A stretch of 64,000 bases of DNA, taken from assembly GCA_017647405.1 (NCBI GenBank), contig JAGCKR010000019.1:1913-65912 (forward strand), written 5' to 3'. The position numbers and the translations under genes were made by a program. Positions within the stretch are counted from its first letter, which is position 1, and each line of letters opens with the position of its first letter. The DNA comes from Alphaproteobacteria bacterium. Its GTDB lineage: Bacteria; Pseudomonadota; Alphaproteobacteria; CAAHEQ01; UBA3637. This document shows positions 36,582 to 45,246 of the stretch, piece by piece. The notes under the pieces were generated by a model. That model was not told where the DNA came from. It saw nothing but the letters and a program-made list of their open reading frames with translations, and did no database searches.

Positions 36582-37832
36582 CTATACTTCTTTTGCTTTC
36601 AAAATCTTTGATAATGGATACAAACTTATTAAGAAAATTGTTAAATACACAAAAAATGAATTCTGAAGCGAAATATCATCCAACAAAAACTTAAATAATA
36701 TCAACAGGATACCAGCAATCGATCTTGAAATCATATTATTTACAGAAGATACTGTTGACCGTTCTTCCGATCCAATATATGTATGCAATCTTGAAATATT
36801 AGCCATTGTAAACGACCATTGAAACCCGATAACAATACAAATAAATGTTAACAATATGAAACCCAACACCGGCGATTCAAAACGAACAACAGCCGCGCAC
36901 GACAAAAAGGAAATCACAAATAAAGCAAATGTTACTTTTCCCAATGTTTTAAGCGACATAAAAGAAAGGGTTTTTGGTAATAAAATCCCCGCTAAAGCCC
37001 GACACCCATGATTAATAGCATAAATCACGCCGAACAAAACAACCGGAATTCCTGCCGTTTTCATTAAAGGCTGAAAACTCCAAACAAATACCATTGTTGT
37101 CCCCGCAAGCATGCCCGAATAAAACATATAATATTTAATTTTTTGATTTTTAAGTGCATTCTTTGAAATCGCATATAACTCTTTATATTTTGACTTTAAT
37201 CCCTTAATGCGCTTTCTGGCAGAAGGAACTTTTGGCAAGAAGAATAAGAGACCTATTGCCGAAAGATTAAAGATAATTTCAATCGTGATTAAGGCTGCAA
37301 AACCATATTTTTCATATAAAATCGGACCCATGAAAGAAGCAATCGCCGTTCCAACAGACATACAAAAATTCATTTTCCCATATTTTTGAAGCATTCTATC
37401 TGTTTTATGCTGACTTTTCAGATAATCATAAATATATCCATCTGCCACACCAGCATAAGATGCTTTTGAAAGAGAATAAAGAATTTCCCCTGCTAAGATA
37501 ATCCAATAAGCATTTGATTGAAATACCGGAACACCCGCAACCAAAAAGGACCACAATACCAACCTTAATAAAAACATTGAAAATGAAAAAACCAGCATAT
37601 TTCTTCTGGGGAAAATATCTCCAAAATAACCAGCAGGTATCTCAAATAAAAGAGCGGTTATTGAAAAAATACCCTGAAATAAAAAATAATCTCCGGCAGT
37701 TAACCCGTTTTCCTGATAAAAAAGCAATAAAACAGGTAACATTAAAATTTGCGTTTGCAAAAACGTTGAAAGATTAAATAATCTTAATGGATTTTTTAAC
37801 ATTAAAGTCTCCTTTTCCCCCATTAAATTCAT
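36582..37832 (-). CDS. MFS-type transporter.
   Basis: 416 aa with about 12 predicted TM helices and an MFS-like loop between TM2 and TM3 (GYFGDIFPRRNML). Confidence 0.65.
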   Translation of the reverse strand: MNLMGEKETLMLKNPLRLFNLSTFLQTQILMLPVLLLFYQENGLTAGDYFLFQGIFSITALLFEIPAGYFGDIFPRRNMLVFSFSMFLLRLVLWSFLVAGVPVFQSNAYWIILAGEILYSLSKASYAGVADGYIYDYLKSQHKTDRMLQKYGKMNFCMSVGTAIASFMGPILYEKYGFAALITIEIIFNLSAIGLLFFLPKVPSARKRIKGLKSKYKELYAISKNALKNQKIKYYMFYSGMLAGTTMVFVWSFQPLMKTAGIPVVLFGVIYAINHGCRALAGILLPKTLSFMSLKTLGKVTFALFVISFLSCAAVVRFESPVLGFILLTFICIVIGFQWSFTMANISRLHTYIGSEERSTVSSVNNMISRSIAGILLILFKFLLDDISLQNSFFVYLTIFLISLYPLSKILKAKEV

Positions 37833-37871
37833 ATAAAAGCATTCTATATAAAGAGAAAGCTAAAAGTCAAT

Positions 37872-37900
37872 AAAAAAAGCCTTCAAAAGAAGGCTTTTTT
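37872..37900. terminator. Bidirectional terminator hairpin.
   Basis: AAAAAAAGCCTTCaaaaGAAGGCTTTTTT, downstream of the DUF465 gene on the minus strand. Confidence 0.7.
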
Positions 37901-37916
37901 CTTATACTAAAAATTA

Positions 37917-38141
37917 TTATTTGTTTTCAATGGCTTCAATTTCTTGTTTCACAGCCAATTTTTGCTTTTTATATTCTTGGATTTTCAAGCTATCCGGCAA
38001 AGGACGAGCTTCTTCTTCAGCTAATTTAACATCTAATTCTGCATGTTTTTCTTTTAATGCTTTCAAGTGTTTTTCAATTTTATCCATTTTTAACTCCTTT
38101 GTTACATATCTTAGTATAATGCTTTTTTTTATGAAAAGCAA
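37917..38141 (-). CDS. DUF465 (YdcH-like) small coiled-coil protein.
   Basis: 74 aa reading HLKALKEKHAELDVKLAEEEARPLPDSLKIQEYKKQKLAVKQEIEAIE, which matches the DUF465 family pattern. Confidence 0.7.
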   Translation of the reverse strand: MLFIKKSIILRYVTKELKMDKIEKHLKALKEKHAELDVKLAEEEARPLPDSLKIQEYKKQKLAVKQEIEAIENK

Positions 38142-38156
38142 GTATCAACTAGCGAA

Positions 38157-39251
38157 TTAGTCTTCTTCACCAACATAAATACCCAAAGATCTGGCCGTTT
38201 TTACCAAAGCACCATTCGGATCAACTGGGGTATTTGCAATTTTCAAAACCATGTTCAAGTCCATATCGGTTACTCGACCAGCCTGATAAACAACAACACG
38301 GTTATCTGCTCCATTTGCAATTAAGTCAATTGCCCATGTGGCAAACCGAGCAGCCAATAAACGATCTGACGGAACAGGAACTCCCGCACGTTGAATATGA
38401 CCCAAAACATTGGCGCGAACATTGAAACCTTCTTCTTGCAAATGCTCAACAAAATATTGCGACACCCCTTGGAATGTTTTTCCATTTGCTGCAAAAATAT
38501 GCTTTCCTTCCGGTGTTTTAACGCCTTCTGCAATCACAACAAGACCAAAGCGTTTGCCTTTCTTTTGAATTTCTTTCAATTTGGCAACAACATTTTCATA
38601 AGTATATCTGATTTCAGGAACCAAAATAACATCAGCAAATCCTGCAACACCTGCATCTAATGCCAAATGCCCTGCTCCACGCCCCATCACTTCCGCAATC
38701 ATGATACGGTTATGTGAGGTTGCCGTTGTTGTTAAATTATCAAGCGCATTTGTTACAACTCCAACCGCTGTTGCAAAACCAATGGCTTTATCCGTACCTG
38801 GCGCATCATTATCAATTGTTTTTGGAATACCAATCATAGAAATACCAGCCATTTTGCAATATTTGCTGACAATAGCCATAGATCCATCTCCGCCAACAAC
38901 GATTAAGGCAGAAATTCCCAATTCCTTAACACCTTCTTTAAAGCGTTCATTGAGTTCTTCATCTGTTAATTCTTCTGTTGTTCCGTCAGCTTTTTTTTGA
39001 ATATGCGGATTACCTGTATTATTTGTTCCAAGCATTGTTCCACCCAAAGCGGCATATGGGAAATCAAAATCAGAAACTTTTAAATCTCTGTATCTCATCG
39101 GACGGGAAAATAAACCATCTGTTGCATCAAAAATACCAACAACTTCCCAACCTTTACTGTTTGCGGCAAAAACAACATTTCTGATCACACTGTTTAAACC
39201 GGAACAATCTCCGCCACTTGTTAAAATACCAATTTTTTTCACTTGTGTCAT
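38157..39251 (-). CDS. pfkA: 6-phosphofructokinase.
   Basis: 364 aa with IGILTSGGDCSGLNSVIR, VVGGDGSM, MGRGAGHLAL and PKTIDND motifs, all diagnostic of the PFK-A family. ATP- versus PPi-dependence cannot be decided from the sequence. Confidence 0.85.
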   Translation of the reverse strand: MTQVKKIGILTSGGDCSGLNSVIRNVVFAANSKGWEVVGIFDATDGLFSRPMRYRDLKVSDFDFPYAALGGTMLGTNNTGNPHIQKKADGTTEELTDEELNERFKEGVKELGISALIVVGGDGSMAIVSKYCKMAGISMIGIPKTIDNDAPGTDKAIGFATAVGVVTNALDNLTTTATSHNRIMIAEVMGRGAGHLALDAGVAGFADVILVPEIRYTYENVVAKLKEIQKKGKRFGLVVIAEGVKTPEGKHIFAANGKTFQGVSQYFVEHLQEEGFNVRANVLGHIQRAGVPVPSDRLLAARFATWAIDLIANGADNRVVVYQAGRVTDMDLNMVLKIANTPVDPNGALVKTARSLGIYVGEED

Positions 39252-39268
39252 AAATACCTCACTATTAT

Positions 39269-40003
39269 TTATAAAGAAAAGTTTTTGCCCAAATATGTTC
39301 TGCGGACGTTTTCATCAGCTATAATTTCTTCTGGAGTGCCTTGTTTTAAAACCACCCCGTCATGCAGAATATAGGCCCTATCAATAATACTCAATGTTTC
39401 ACGAACATTATGGTCCGTAATCAAAACACCGAGACCTCTGTTTTTGAGTTGCGCAACCAACTCTTTAATTTCTCCAACCGCAATCGGATCAATTCCGGCC
39501 AAAGGTTCATCCAACAAAATATATGAAGGACGAGATGCCAATGCCCGAGCAATTTCCAAACGACGCCTTTCACCCCCCGAAAGCGCCCGTGAAGGTGAAA
39601 ATCTTAAATGTTCAATTGAAAACTCTTTTAAAAGAGAATCCAACTCCTGCTCCCGTTTCTCCTTATTTTTTTCAACAACTTCCAAAACGGCACGGATATT
39701 ATCCTCAACATTTAACCCTCTAAAAATAGAAGCTTCTTGCGGTAAATATCCAATTCCCAATCGAGCTCTTCGATAAACCGGAAATTTTGTTATATCAATA
39801 CCATTTAATGTTATTTTCCCTGTGTTTGGGGAAATCAAGCCCGTTACACAATAAAAGGATGTTGTTTTCCCTGCCCCATTCGGACCCAACAATCCAACGG
39901 CTTCGCCTTGCTCAACAAACAAGGAAACATCTTTTAAAACCGTTCTCTTTTTGTAACTTTTACTTAAATTTGTTACAACAAGACCTCGTTGCGGAACAAT
40001 CAT
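39269..40003 (-). CDS. lptB: LPS export ABC transporter ATP-binding protein.
   Basis: 244 aa with Walker A GPNGAGKTT, signature LSGGERRRLEIARAL and Walker B ILLDEP. It lies in a cluster with lptC/lptA-like and kdsD genes. Confidence 0.85.
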   Translation of the reverse strand: MIVPQRGLVVTNLSKSYKKRTVLKDVSLFVEQGEAVGLLGPNGAGKTTSFYCVTGLISPNTGKITLNGIDITKFPVYRRARLGIGYLPQEASIFRGLNVEDNIRAVLEVVEKNKEKREQELDSLLKEFSIEHLRFSPSRALSGGERRRLEIARALASRPSYILLDEPLAGIDPIAVGEIKELVAQLKNRGLGVLITDHNVRETLSIIDRAYILHDGVVLKQGTPEEIIADENVRRTYLGKNFSL

Positions 40004-41370
40004 TTTCCCTCTCTTTCTTGCTCAAAATCATCTGCAATCAAGCTTCCCTTGATTCTTTGCGGTTGTTGCTCTTTTGATTTTAAAGAGCTCACACCTGTTT
40101 CAAGATTTAAATTTGCCCAATCACCATTTAAAACACTCTTTCCTTGTTTTAACCGAACATTATCATAAACGTCAACCATTTTTGTTATCGGATTGTAAAT
40201 TCCATACTTACCTTCAATTCGCTGTGTTCCATTTGATGCTTGCACATTACCTAACGCAATAACTCGATCTATTTGTGACTGATTCTTTGAAATATTTTTA
40301 TAAAAAACATACATTTTATCAGCTAAAATTAAATATTCATCTTCTTTAACAAGGGCTTTTTTGTTCAAAACAATAACTTGTTGCATTGACTCCAAGATAG
40401 CATCTTTATAATAATTTTTCACAAGATTTAAATTCATCAACATATCTTGTTTTTCTTTATATAATACCATTTCTTCTGCTTTGGCCGTTTTGTTTTGAGA
40501 AAAAACCTGAGCATTTTGATAAGCTTCAGCTTTCACAACCTGATTCTTATTATATTCATCTTTTTTATATGTTAAAATGATTTTTTCGGCTTTTACATGA
40601 TCTTTTTCACGATAAACATGTGCATTTTTTTTGGCGGTTATTGTTTTTCCCATTTGATCAATGATAAGCCCATCTTCACTTGTAACCATTACTGAATTTT
40701 TATTCTTTTTAAAGTAACTTTCCTGCTTATCAAATGTCAGTTCCTTAACTTCCGGAATTTTCTTTTCTGTTTCAAATAAAAGTGTTTTCGTATTTCCTTT
40801 AAAATTTAGTTTTTCACCTTTATCGGTAATAAAAAAACCTTCCCCTCTCAACATACCGGATGGTCCTTTAATAAAAACAGGAAAATCACTCGAAATCGTA
40901 TTTTTATCGTAGTCATAAGTCACTTTTTCAGAAACAGCTTCATATCCCGTATCTGTTGTTGATAATATTTCTTTTTCAAAGTAAAGATATTTTTCGTTTT
41001 GAAAAGCCAACCCATATGCGCTAACAGACGTTAATAAAATATTATCTGCCGTTTTATAGGTTGCTTTCGGGTCATTCAGCTTTAAAATCTTTTTTTCCGG
41101 ATCGATTTCCTGAACTGAAACCGCCACAATATTCATCGGATTATTACGTTTATCTTTTGAGAAAAAACGCACATTTTCCATATCCACATCCCCACCTTGT
41201 ATTGACTCCGCAGTAGGAACAGCAACAGAGAACTTTTCTTTATGTTCAACAAAAGCCGGCCAAACGAGCATCATTGATGCCAATAAAAATGCAAATATCG
41301 GCAAACATCTTTTAAAGATGAAAACGCGTCGAGAATGGATTTTTATTTTCAGCAACCGTAATGTGAACAT
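40000..41370 (-). CDS. LptC/LptA-like periplasmic LPS-transport protein, apparently a fusion of an N-terminal TM/LptC-like module with an LptA (OstA_N)-like module.
   Basis: 456 aa with an N-terminal TM anchor (LPIFAFLLASMMLVWPAF) followed by long beta-rich regions. It occupies the position between kdsD and lptB, where separate lptC and lptA genes normally sit. Its stop overlaps the lptB start. Confidence 0.55.
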   Translation of the reverse strand: MFTLRLLKIKIHSRRVFIFKRCLPIFAFLLASMMLVWPAFVEHKEKFSVAVPTAESIQGGDVDMENVRFFSKDKRNNPMNIVAVSVQEIDPEKKILKLNDPKATYKTADNILLTSVSAYGLAFQNEKYLYFEKEILSTTDTGYEAVSEKVTYDYDKNTISSDFPVFIKGPSGMLRGEGFFITDKGEKLNFKGNTKTLLFETEKKIPEVKELTFDKQESYFKKNKNSVMVTSEDGLIIDQMGKTITAKKNAHVYREKDHVKAEKIILTYKKDEYNKNQVVKAEAYQNAQVFSQNKTAKAEEMVLYKEKQDMLMNLNLVKNYYKDAILESMQQVIVLNKKALVKEDEYLILADKMYVFYKNISKNQSQIDRVIALGNVQASNGTQRIEGKYGIYNPITKMVDVYDNVRLKQGKSVLNGDWANLNLETGVSSLKSKEQQPQRIKGSLIADDFEQEREGK

Positions 41371-41385
41371 AAACTCTCCCGTTTT

Positions 41386-42357
41386 TTAAGCAACGCCCAT
41401 TTGTAATAATAAATGCATTGTTAACAACCCTTGCGGTTTCATATCTGCATCAACAACAAATAAGTTAGTTATCATCTTTTCATTCATTAATCTTAAAACT
41501 TCAACACAAAGCAAATCACCAATAACCGTTTTTGGATTTTTGGTCATAATTTCACCGGCAGTTTTATTAATTAAATCATTACCCATATGACGACGCAAGT
41601 CACCATCTGTAATCATACCAACCAATGCGCCTGTTTCATCTATAATACCCAAACAGCCCCAACTTTTCGCCGTCATAATCACAAGAGCCTCAGACATATG
41701 CATATCCAATGGCACAAGAGGCATTTCATCCCCTTTCACCATTAAATCTCGCGCTCTCAAAAGCACATTACCCAACTTTCCACCCGGATGACGATCCTTG
41801 AACTCTTCGGCCGAAAAACCCTTTTGTTCAATCAAGGCAACAGCCAACGCATCACCAAGAGCTAATGTTGTTGTTGTCGATGTTGTTGGAGCAAGCCCCA
41901 GCGGGCAAGCTTCCGGCGCTTCTTTTTTATCCGGAATTAGAAGCGTTAAATCAGCCGCTCTCGCCATAGAACTAGACATCACACTTGTTATGGCAATCAT
42001 CGGAATACCAAATCTTCTGGAATAAGAAATAATATCCGCCATTTCTTTGCTTTCACCCGAATTAGAAATCGCAAGCAACAAGTCATCTTTGGTAAGCATA
42101 CCTAAATCGCCATGACTTGCCTCTCCCGGATGAACAAAAAATGCCGGCGTTCCTGTTGAAGCCAACGTTGCAGCAATTTTTTGCCCAATATGACCACTTT
42201 TTCCCATACCTGATATAATAATCCGCCCTTTAACGGACATCATTTTTTCAACAGCCTGAACAAAAGCATCGGAAAATGACTGTTTTAAAATTTCCAACCC
42301 CTTAATTTCTTTATCAATAACTCGACAGGCGCTTTGAATTAATTCTTCTTTTACCAT
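41386..42357 (-). CDS. kdsD: Arabinose-5-phosphate isomerase (SIS plus tandem CBS domains).
   Basis: 323 aa. The SIS domain (GRIIISGMGKSGHIGQKIAATL, DLLLAISNSGES) is followed by two CBS domains. Confidence 0.85.
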   Translation of the reverse strand: MVKEELIQSACRVIDKEIKGLEILKQSFSDAFVQAVEKMMSVKGRIIISGMGKSGHIGQKIAATLASTGTPAFFVHPGEASHGDLGMLTKDDLLLAISNSGESKEMADIISYSRRFGIPMIAITSVMSSSMARAADLTLLIPDKKEAPEACPLGLAPTTSTTTTLALGDALAVALIEQKGFSAEEFKDRHPGGKLGNVLLRARDLMVKGDEMPLVPLDMHMSEALVIMTAKSWGCLGIIDETGALVGMITDGDLRRHMGNDLINKTAGEIMTKNPKTVIGDLLCVEVLRLMNEKMITNLFVVDADMKPQGLLTMHLLLQMGVA

Positions 42358-42369
42358 TACCCCCTCCTT

Positions 42370-42981
42370 TTAATGAGCAAAAATATCAGGTTCAGAAAAC
42401 GAAAGCAAATCAAGTTTTGCTCTTGTTCCCAGAAATGAAAAACATTCTAAAGCCAGCTCATAACGACCTTCTCGCTTTAATAAAACATCCAACTTTTCTT
42501 TCAATTGATGCAAATATAAAACATCGTTGGCTGCATATTGTTGCTGAGCCTTTGAAAGCGTTTCAACACCCCAATCAGATGTTTGTTGCTCTTTTTCCAA
42601 TGAAATATTCAATAAATCGAAACACAATGATTTTAAACTATGCGACGGACTGGATGTTCTTGCCAATTTTGAAGCAATCTTCGTACAATAAACCGGCGCC
42701 ACTTCAACTCCTAAATCATTTAAAATTTTGGCAACATCAAAACGGGCAAAATGAAATATTTTCAAAATATTTTTATCTGTTAAAACCTTTTTCAAGTTCG
42801 GACAGTCAATTCCCTTCATAATTTGAACCAAATATGCCTTTCCATTTCCATCTGAAAGCTGAACCAAACAAAGTCTATCTCTTAACAGATTCAACCCCAT
42901 TGTTTCCGTATCCACCGCAACGGGCCCATTTAATATAATATTATCTGGCAAATCCCCTTTAAAAACAATTATTTGATTCAT
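42370..42981 (-). CDS. 3'-5' exonuclease of the DEDDy (RNase D-like) family, single domain.
   Basis: 203 aa with Exo I VAVDTETMGL, Exo II KIFHFARFD and Exo III YAANDVLYL motifs. Confidence 0.75.
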   Translation of the reverse strand: MNQIIVFKGDLPDNIILNGPVAVDTETMGLNLLRDRLCLVQLSDGNGKAYLVQIMKGIDCPNLKKVLTDKNILKIFHFARFDVAKILNDLGVEVAPVYCTKIASKLARTSSPSHSLKSLCFDLLNISLEKEQQTSDWGVETLSKAQQQYAANDVLYLHQLKEKLDVLLKREGRYELALECFSFLGTRAKLDLLSFSEPDIFAH

Positions 42982-43223
42982 TTATAATCCTCACTTGACT
43001 TACAATATCCTATCTTTATATACTAACAGGCAATGAAAATCAACAAAAAATTTTTTTTATTTTGTTTGCATTTTAATTCATTAACTGATATTTTCTTATG
43101 TATTTATAAGGGGACATATGAAAAGATTAATCTTAATTGGCATTTTTACTTTTGTAACACTCTTATTGAATTTTCTTTACAAGAGCGATAGCCATTTTCT
43201 TTTTATGAGGGAGATAAAAAATA

Positions 43224-43964
43224 ATGGAACAATTTATTGAATTTACCATTTTGGGATTTTTTGCCAATCTGATAGATGGGTGCATTGGAATGGCCTATGG
43301 TACTATTATTGCTTCAGTTTTAACATTTTTTGGCATGCCTCCGCTACAAATCAGCTCATCAATTCATTTTTCTGAAATTTTTACAACCGGTGCCTCTGCT
43401 CTTTCTCACTTAAAAATCAAAAACATTGATTTTAAACTTTTCAAACGCATTGTTTTTGCCGGTGTTCTTGGCGGAATTTCCGGCGCTCTTTGTCTTTCCC
43501 TCATCTCTCAAGATTTTATCACACCGGTAATCACCGTTTATCTTATTATTATCGGCATTTCACTTATTTACAAAAGCTTTAATCTTTCGAAAAATAAAAA
43601 AAAGATCAAATATGTCCGGCAAATCAGCTTTCTTGGCGGTTTTTGCGATGCTCTTTGTGGCGGCGGTTGGGGACCTATTGTGAATGGAAGCTTGATTGGA
43701 CAAAGCAAAAAAATCACCAAAACAATCGGAACAGTCAATAGCGCCGAATTTTTTGTTACATTAACACAATCTGTTATTTTTTTCACGGTTGTTGGTTTTA
43801 ATTACTTAAACCTTGTTTTTGGACTTATTTTGGGCGGAGTTCTGGCGGCTCCTTTAGCTGTTTTTATCTTAACTAAAATTAATCCAAAAGTTTTATGTTT
43901 TTTAATTGGTGCCATTATTTTGATTGCAAATATTTTTGTATTCATTCAAATTTTCAGGGGATAA
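43224..43964 (+). CDS. TSUP (TauE/SafE) family membrane transporter.
   Basis: 246 aa with 7-8 TM helices in two repeated halves carrying the family's glycine-rich motifs (GFFANLIDGCIGMAYG, GGFCDALCGGGWGPI). Confidence 0.7.
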   Translation: MEQFIEFTILGFFANLIDGCIGMAYGTIIASVLTFFGMPPLQISSSIHFSEIFTTGASALSHLKIKNIDFKLFKRIVFAGVLGGISGALCLSLISQDFITPVITVYLIIIGISLIYKSFNLSKNKKKIKYVRQISFLGGFCDALCGGGWGPIVNGSLIGQSKKITKTIGTVNSAEFFVTLTQSVIFFTVVGFNYLNLVFGLILGGVLAAPLAVFILTKINPKVLCFLIGAIILIANIFVFIQIFRG

Positions 43965-44159
43965 ATTATAAAAGTAATTTTTATACAAATATCAAAGAAG
44001 ATAAACTACAAATAATCATCCCTAGCGCATTTTGTCTTTTCTTCCGGATATGGAATTATCTAAATCGCAAGCCAATCTTTTATGGGAATTTTATCTTTCT
44101 GATAACACTAACTGCTCATATAAAACAAATCATTACCGATATTTTTTTGTAGAAAAATA

Positions 44160-44188
44160 TTTACAAAAAAATATTTTTATGATATAAT
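44160..44188 (+). promoter_or_regulatory. Sigma-70-like promoter (TTTACA-N17-TATAAT) for the 44219 gene.
   Basis: TTTACA at 44160-44165 and TATAAT at 44183-44188, with a 17-nt spacer, about 30 nt upstream of the RBS AAGGAGG. An AAAATATTT/AAATATTTT inverted repeat overlaps the spacer. Confidence 0.45.
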
Positions 44189-44218
44189 TGCCAAAATATT
44201 GCTATTTAAGGAGGATTT

Positions 44219-45181
44219 ATGAGCGAAAAGCCATCATCAATTGATTTATACAGAAGCAGTAAAGAACATATCACCATTGACCCTGTTTACTGTTATGGCG
44301 TTTTAGATAATAAGCATTTTCTTGTAATGAGAGAAACCCAAGGCGATAATAATGTTTATATCCGTTGGCAAAAAAATCAAAACACACGGTTTAGTGGTCA
44401 AAATGTTTTTGGACTCAGAGCCGAAAAACTTTTAAAACTCATTCTTTCAAAAATTCAAAATTCACCAATGGCGCAAGAAACCATTGAGCAAATGAAAATT
44501 ATGATTGAAAAGAATAAAAAGGCAACTGAATATTATGTTGTTAAACAACATAAAAAAGAGGATCCTCAACCGGTTATAAAAAGCGAAGAACAACTCAAAA
44601 GAGAGCGCGAGTTTAAAAAATTTATGGAAAATAAGGATCGCTTTGCTGCTCAAAATGAAGAACGCAAAAAGAAAAAAGAAGCCGAAAAATTAGCTAGAAC
44701 AGCTCAAAAAGAAGAAGAAAAAAGAAAAAGACAAGAAGCTGCTCAAAAACGGATTCAAGAACAACGAATACTCAAAGAGTTAAAAGACCAAGAACAGGCC
44801 TATTTAAAGATGATGCGCTCAACAGAAGATAAAAATCCAGTTGTTATCATCGCAAATGAAACAAATATTATCTTGGGCTATCTAAATAATAAATTCTATC
44901 GAATTAAAATGGATGATAACAACTCTTCATTTTATAGTGTTTCAGAAAAAAAATTAGAACCAATGGATATCGAAACATTCCAAAATATCATCGTTTCCAT
45001 TGATGAAAACTTAAATCAAAATGGACAATTTGATAATTTATTAACTCAAATCGTCAGCGCTTATGGCGCATTTACAAGCTCAGCTCAATCCGTTCAAAAA
45101 GATACATTAAGAGAAAGAGTTGCCATTGGAAAAAATATTTTAATTCAAAAAGGAATTTTAACACCTCAAAATTCTCTTTAA
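44219..45181 (+). CDS. Hypothetical protein with a central Lys/Glu-rich coiled coil.
   Basis: 320 aa with a strong RBS AAGGAGG. The central region reads KKEAEKLARTAQKEEEKRKRQEAAQKR. No family recognised. Confidence 0.55.
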   Translation: MSEKPSSIDLYRSSKEHITIDPVYCYGVLDNKHFLVMRETQGDNNVYIRWQKNQNTRFSGQNVFGLRAEKLLKLILSKIQNSPMAQETIEQMKIMIEKNKKATEYYVVKQHKKEDPQPVIKSEEQLKREREFKKFMENKDRFAAQNEERKKKKEAEKLARTAQKEEEKRKRQEAAQKRIQEQRILKELKDQEQAYLKMMRSTEDKNPVVIIANETNIILGYLNNKFYRIKMDDNNSSFYSVSEKKLEPMDIETFQNIIVSIDENLNQNGQFDNLLTQIVSAYGAFTSSAQSVQKDTLRERVAIGKNILIQKGILTPQNSL

Positions 45182-45202
45182 GAATTAACTTTATGATATA
45201 TA

Positions 45203-45240
45203 AAAAAGACTTGAATTCAGCTATTCAAGTCTTTTTTTAG
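45203..45240. terminator. Bidirectional rho-independent terminator.
   Basis: AAAAAAGACTTGAATtcagctATTCAAGTCTTTTTTT is a 10-bp stem between convergent genes. Confidence 0.7.
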
Positions 45241-45246
45241 TTTTTA

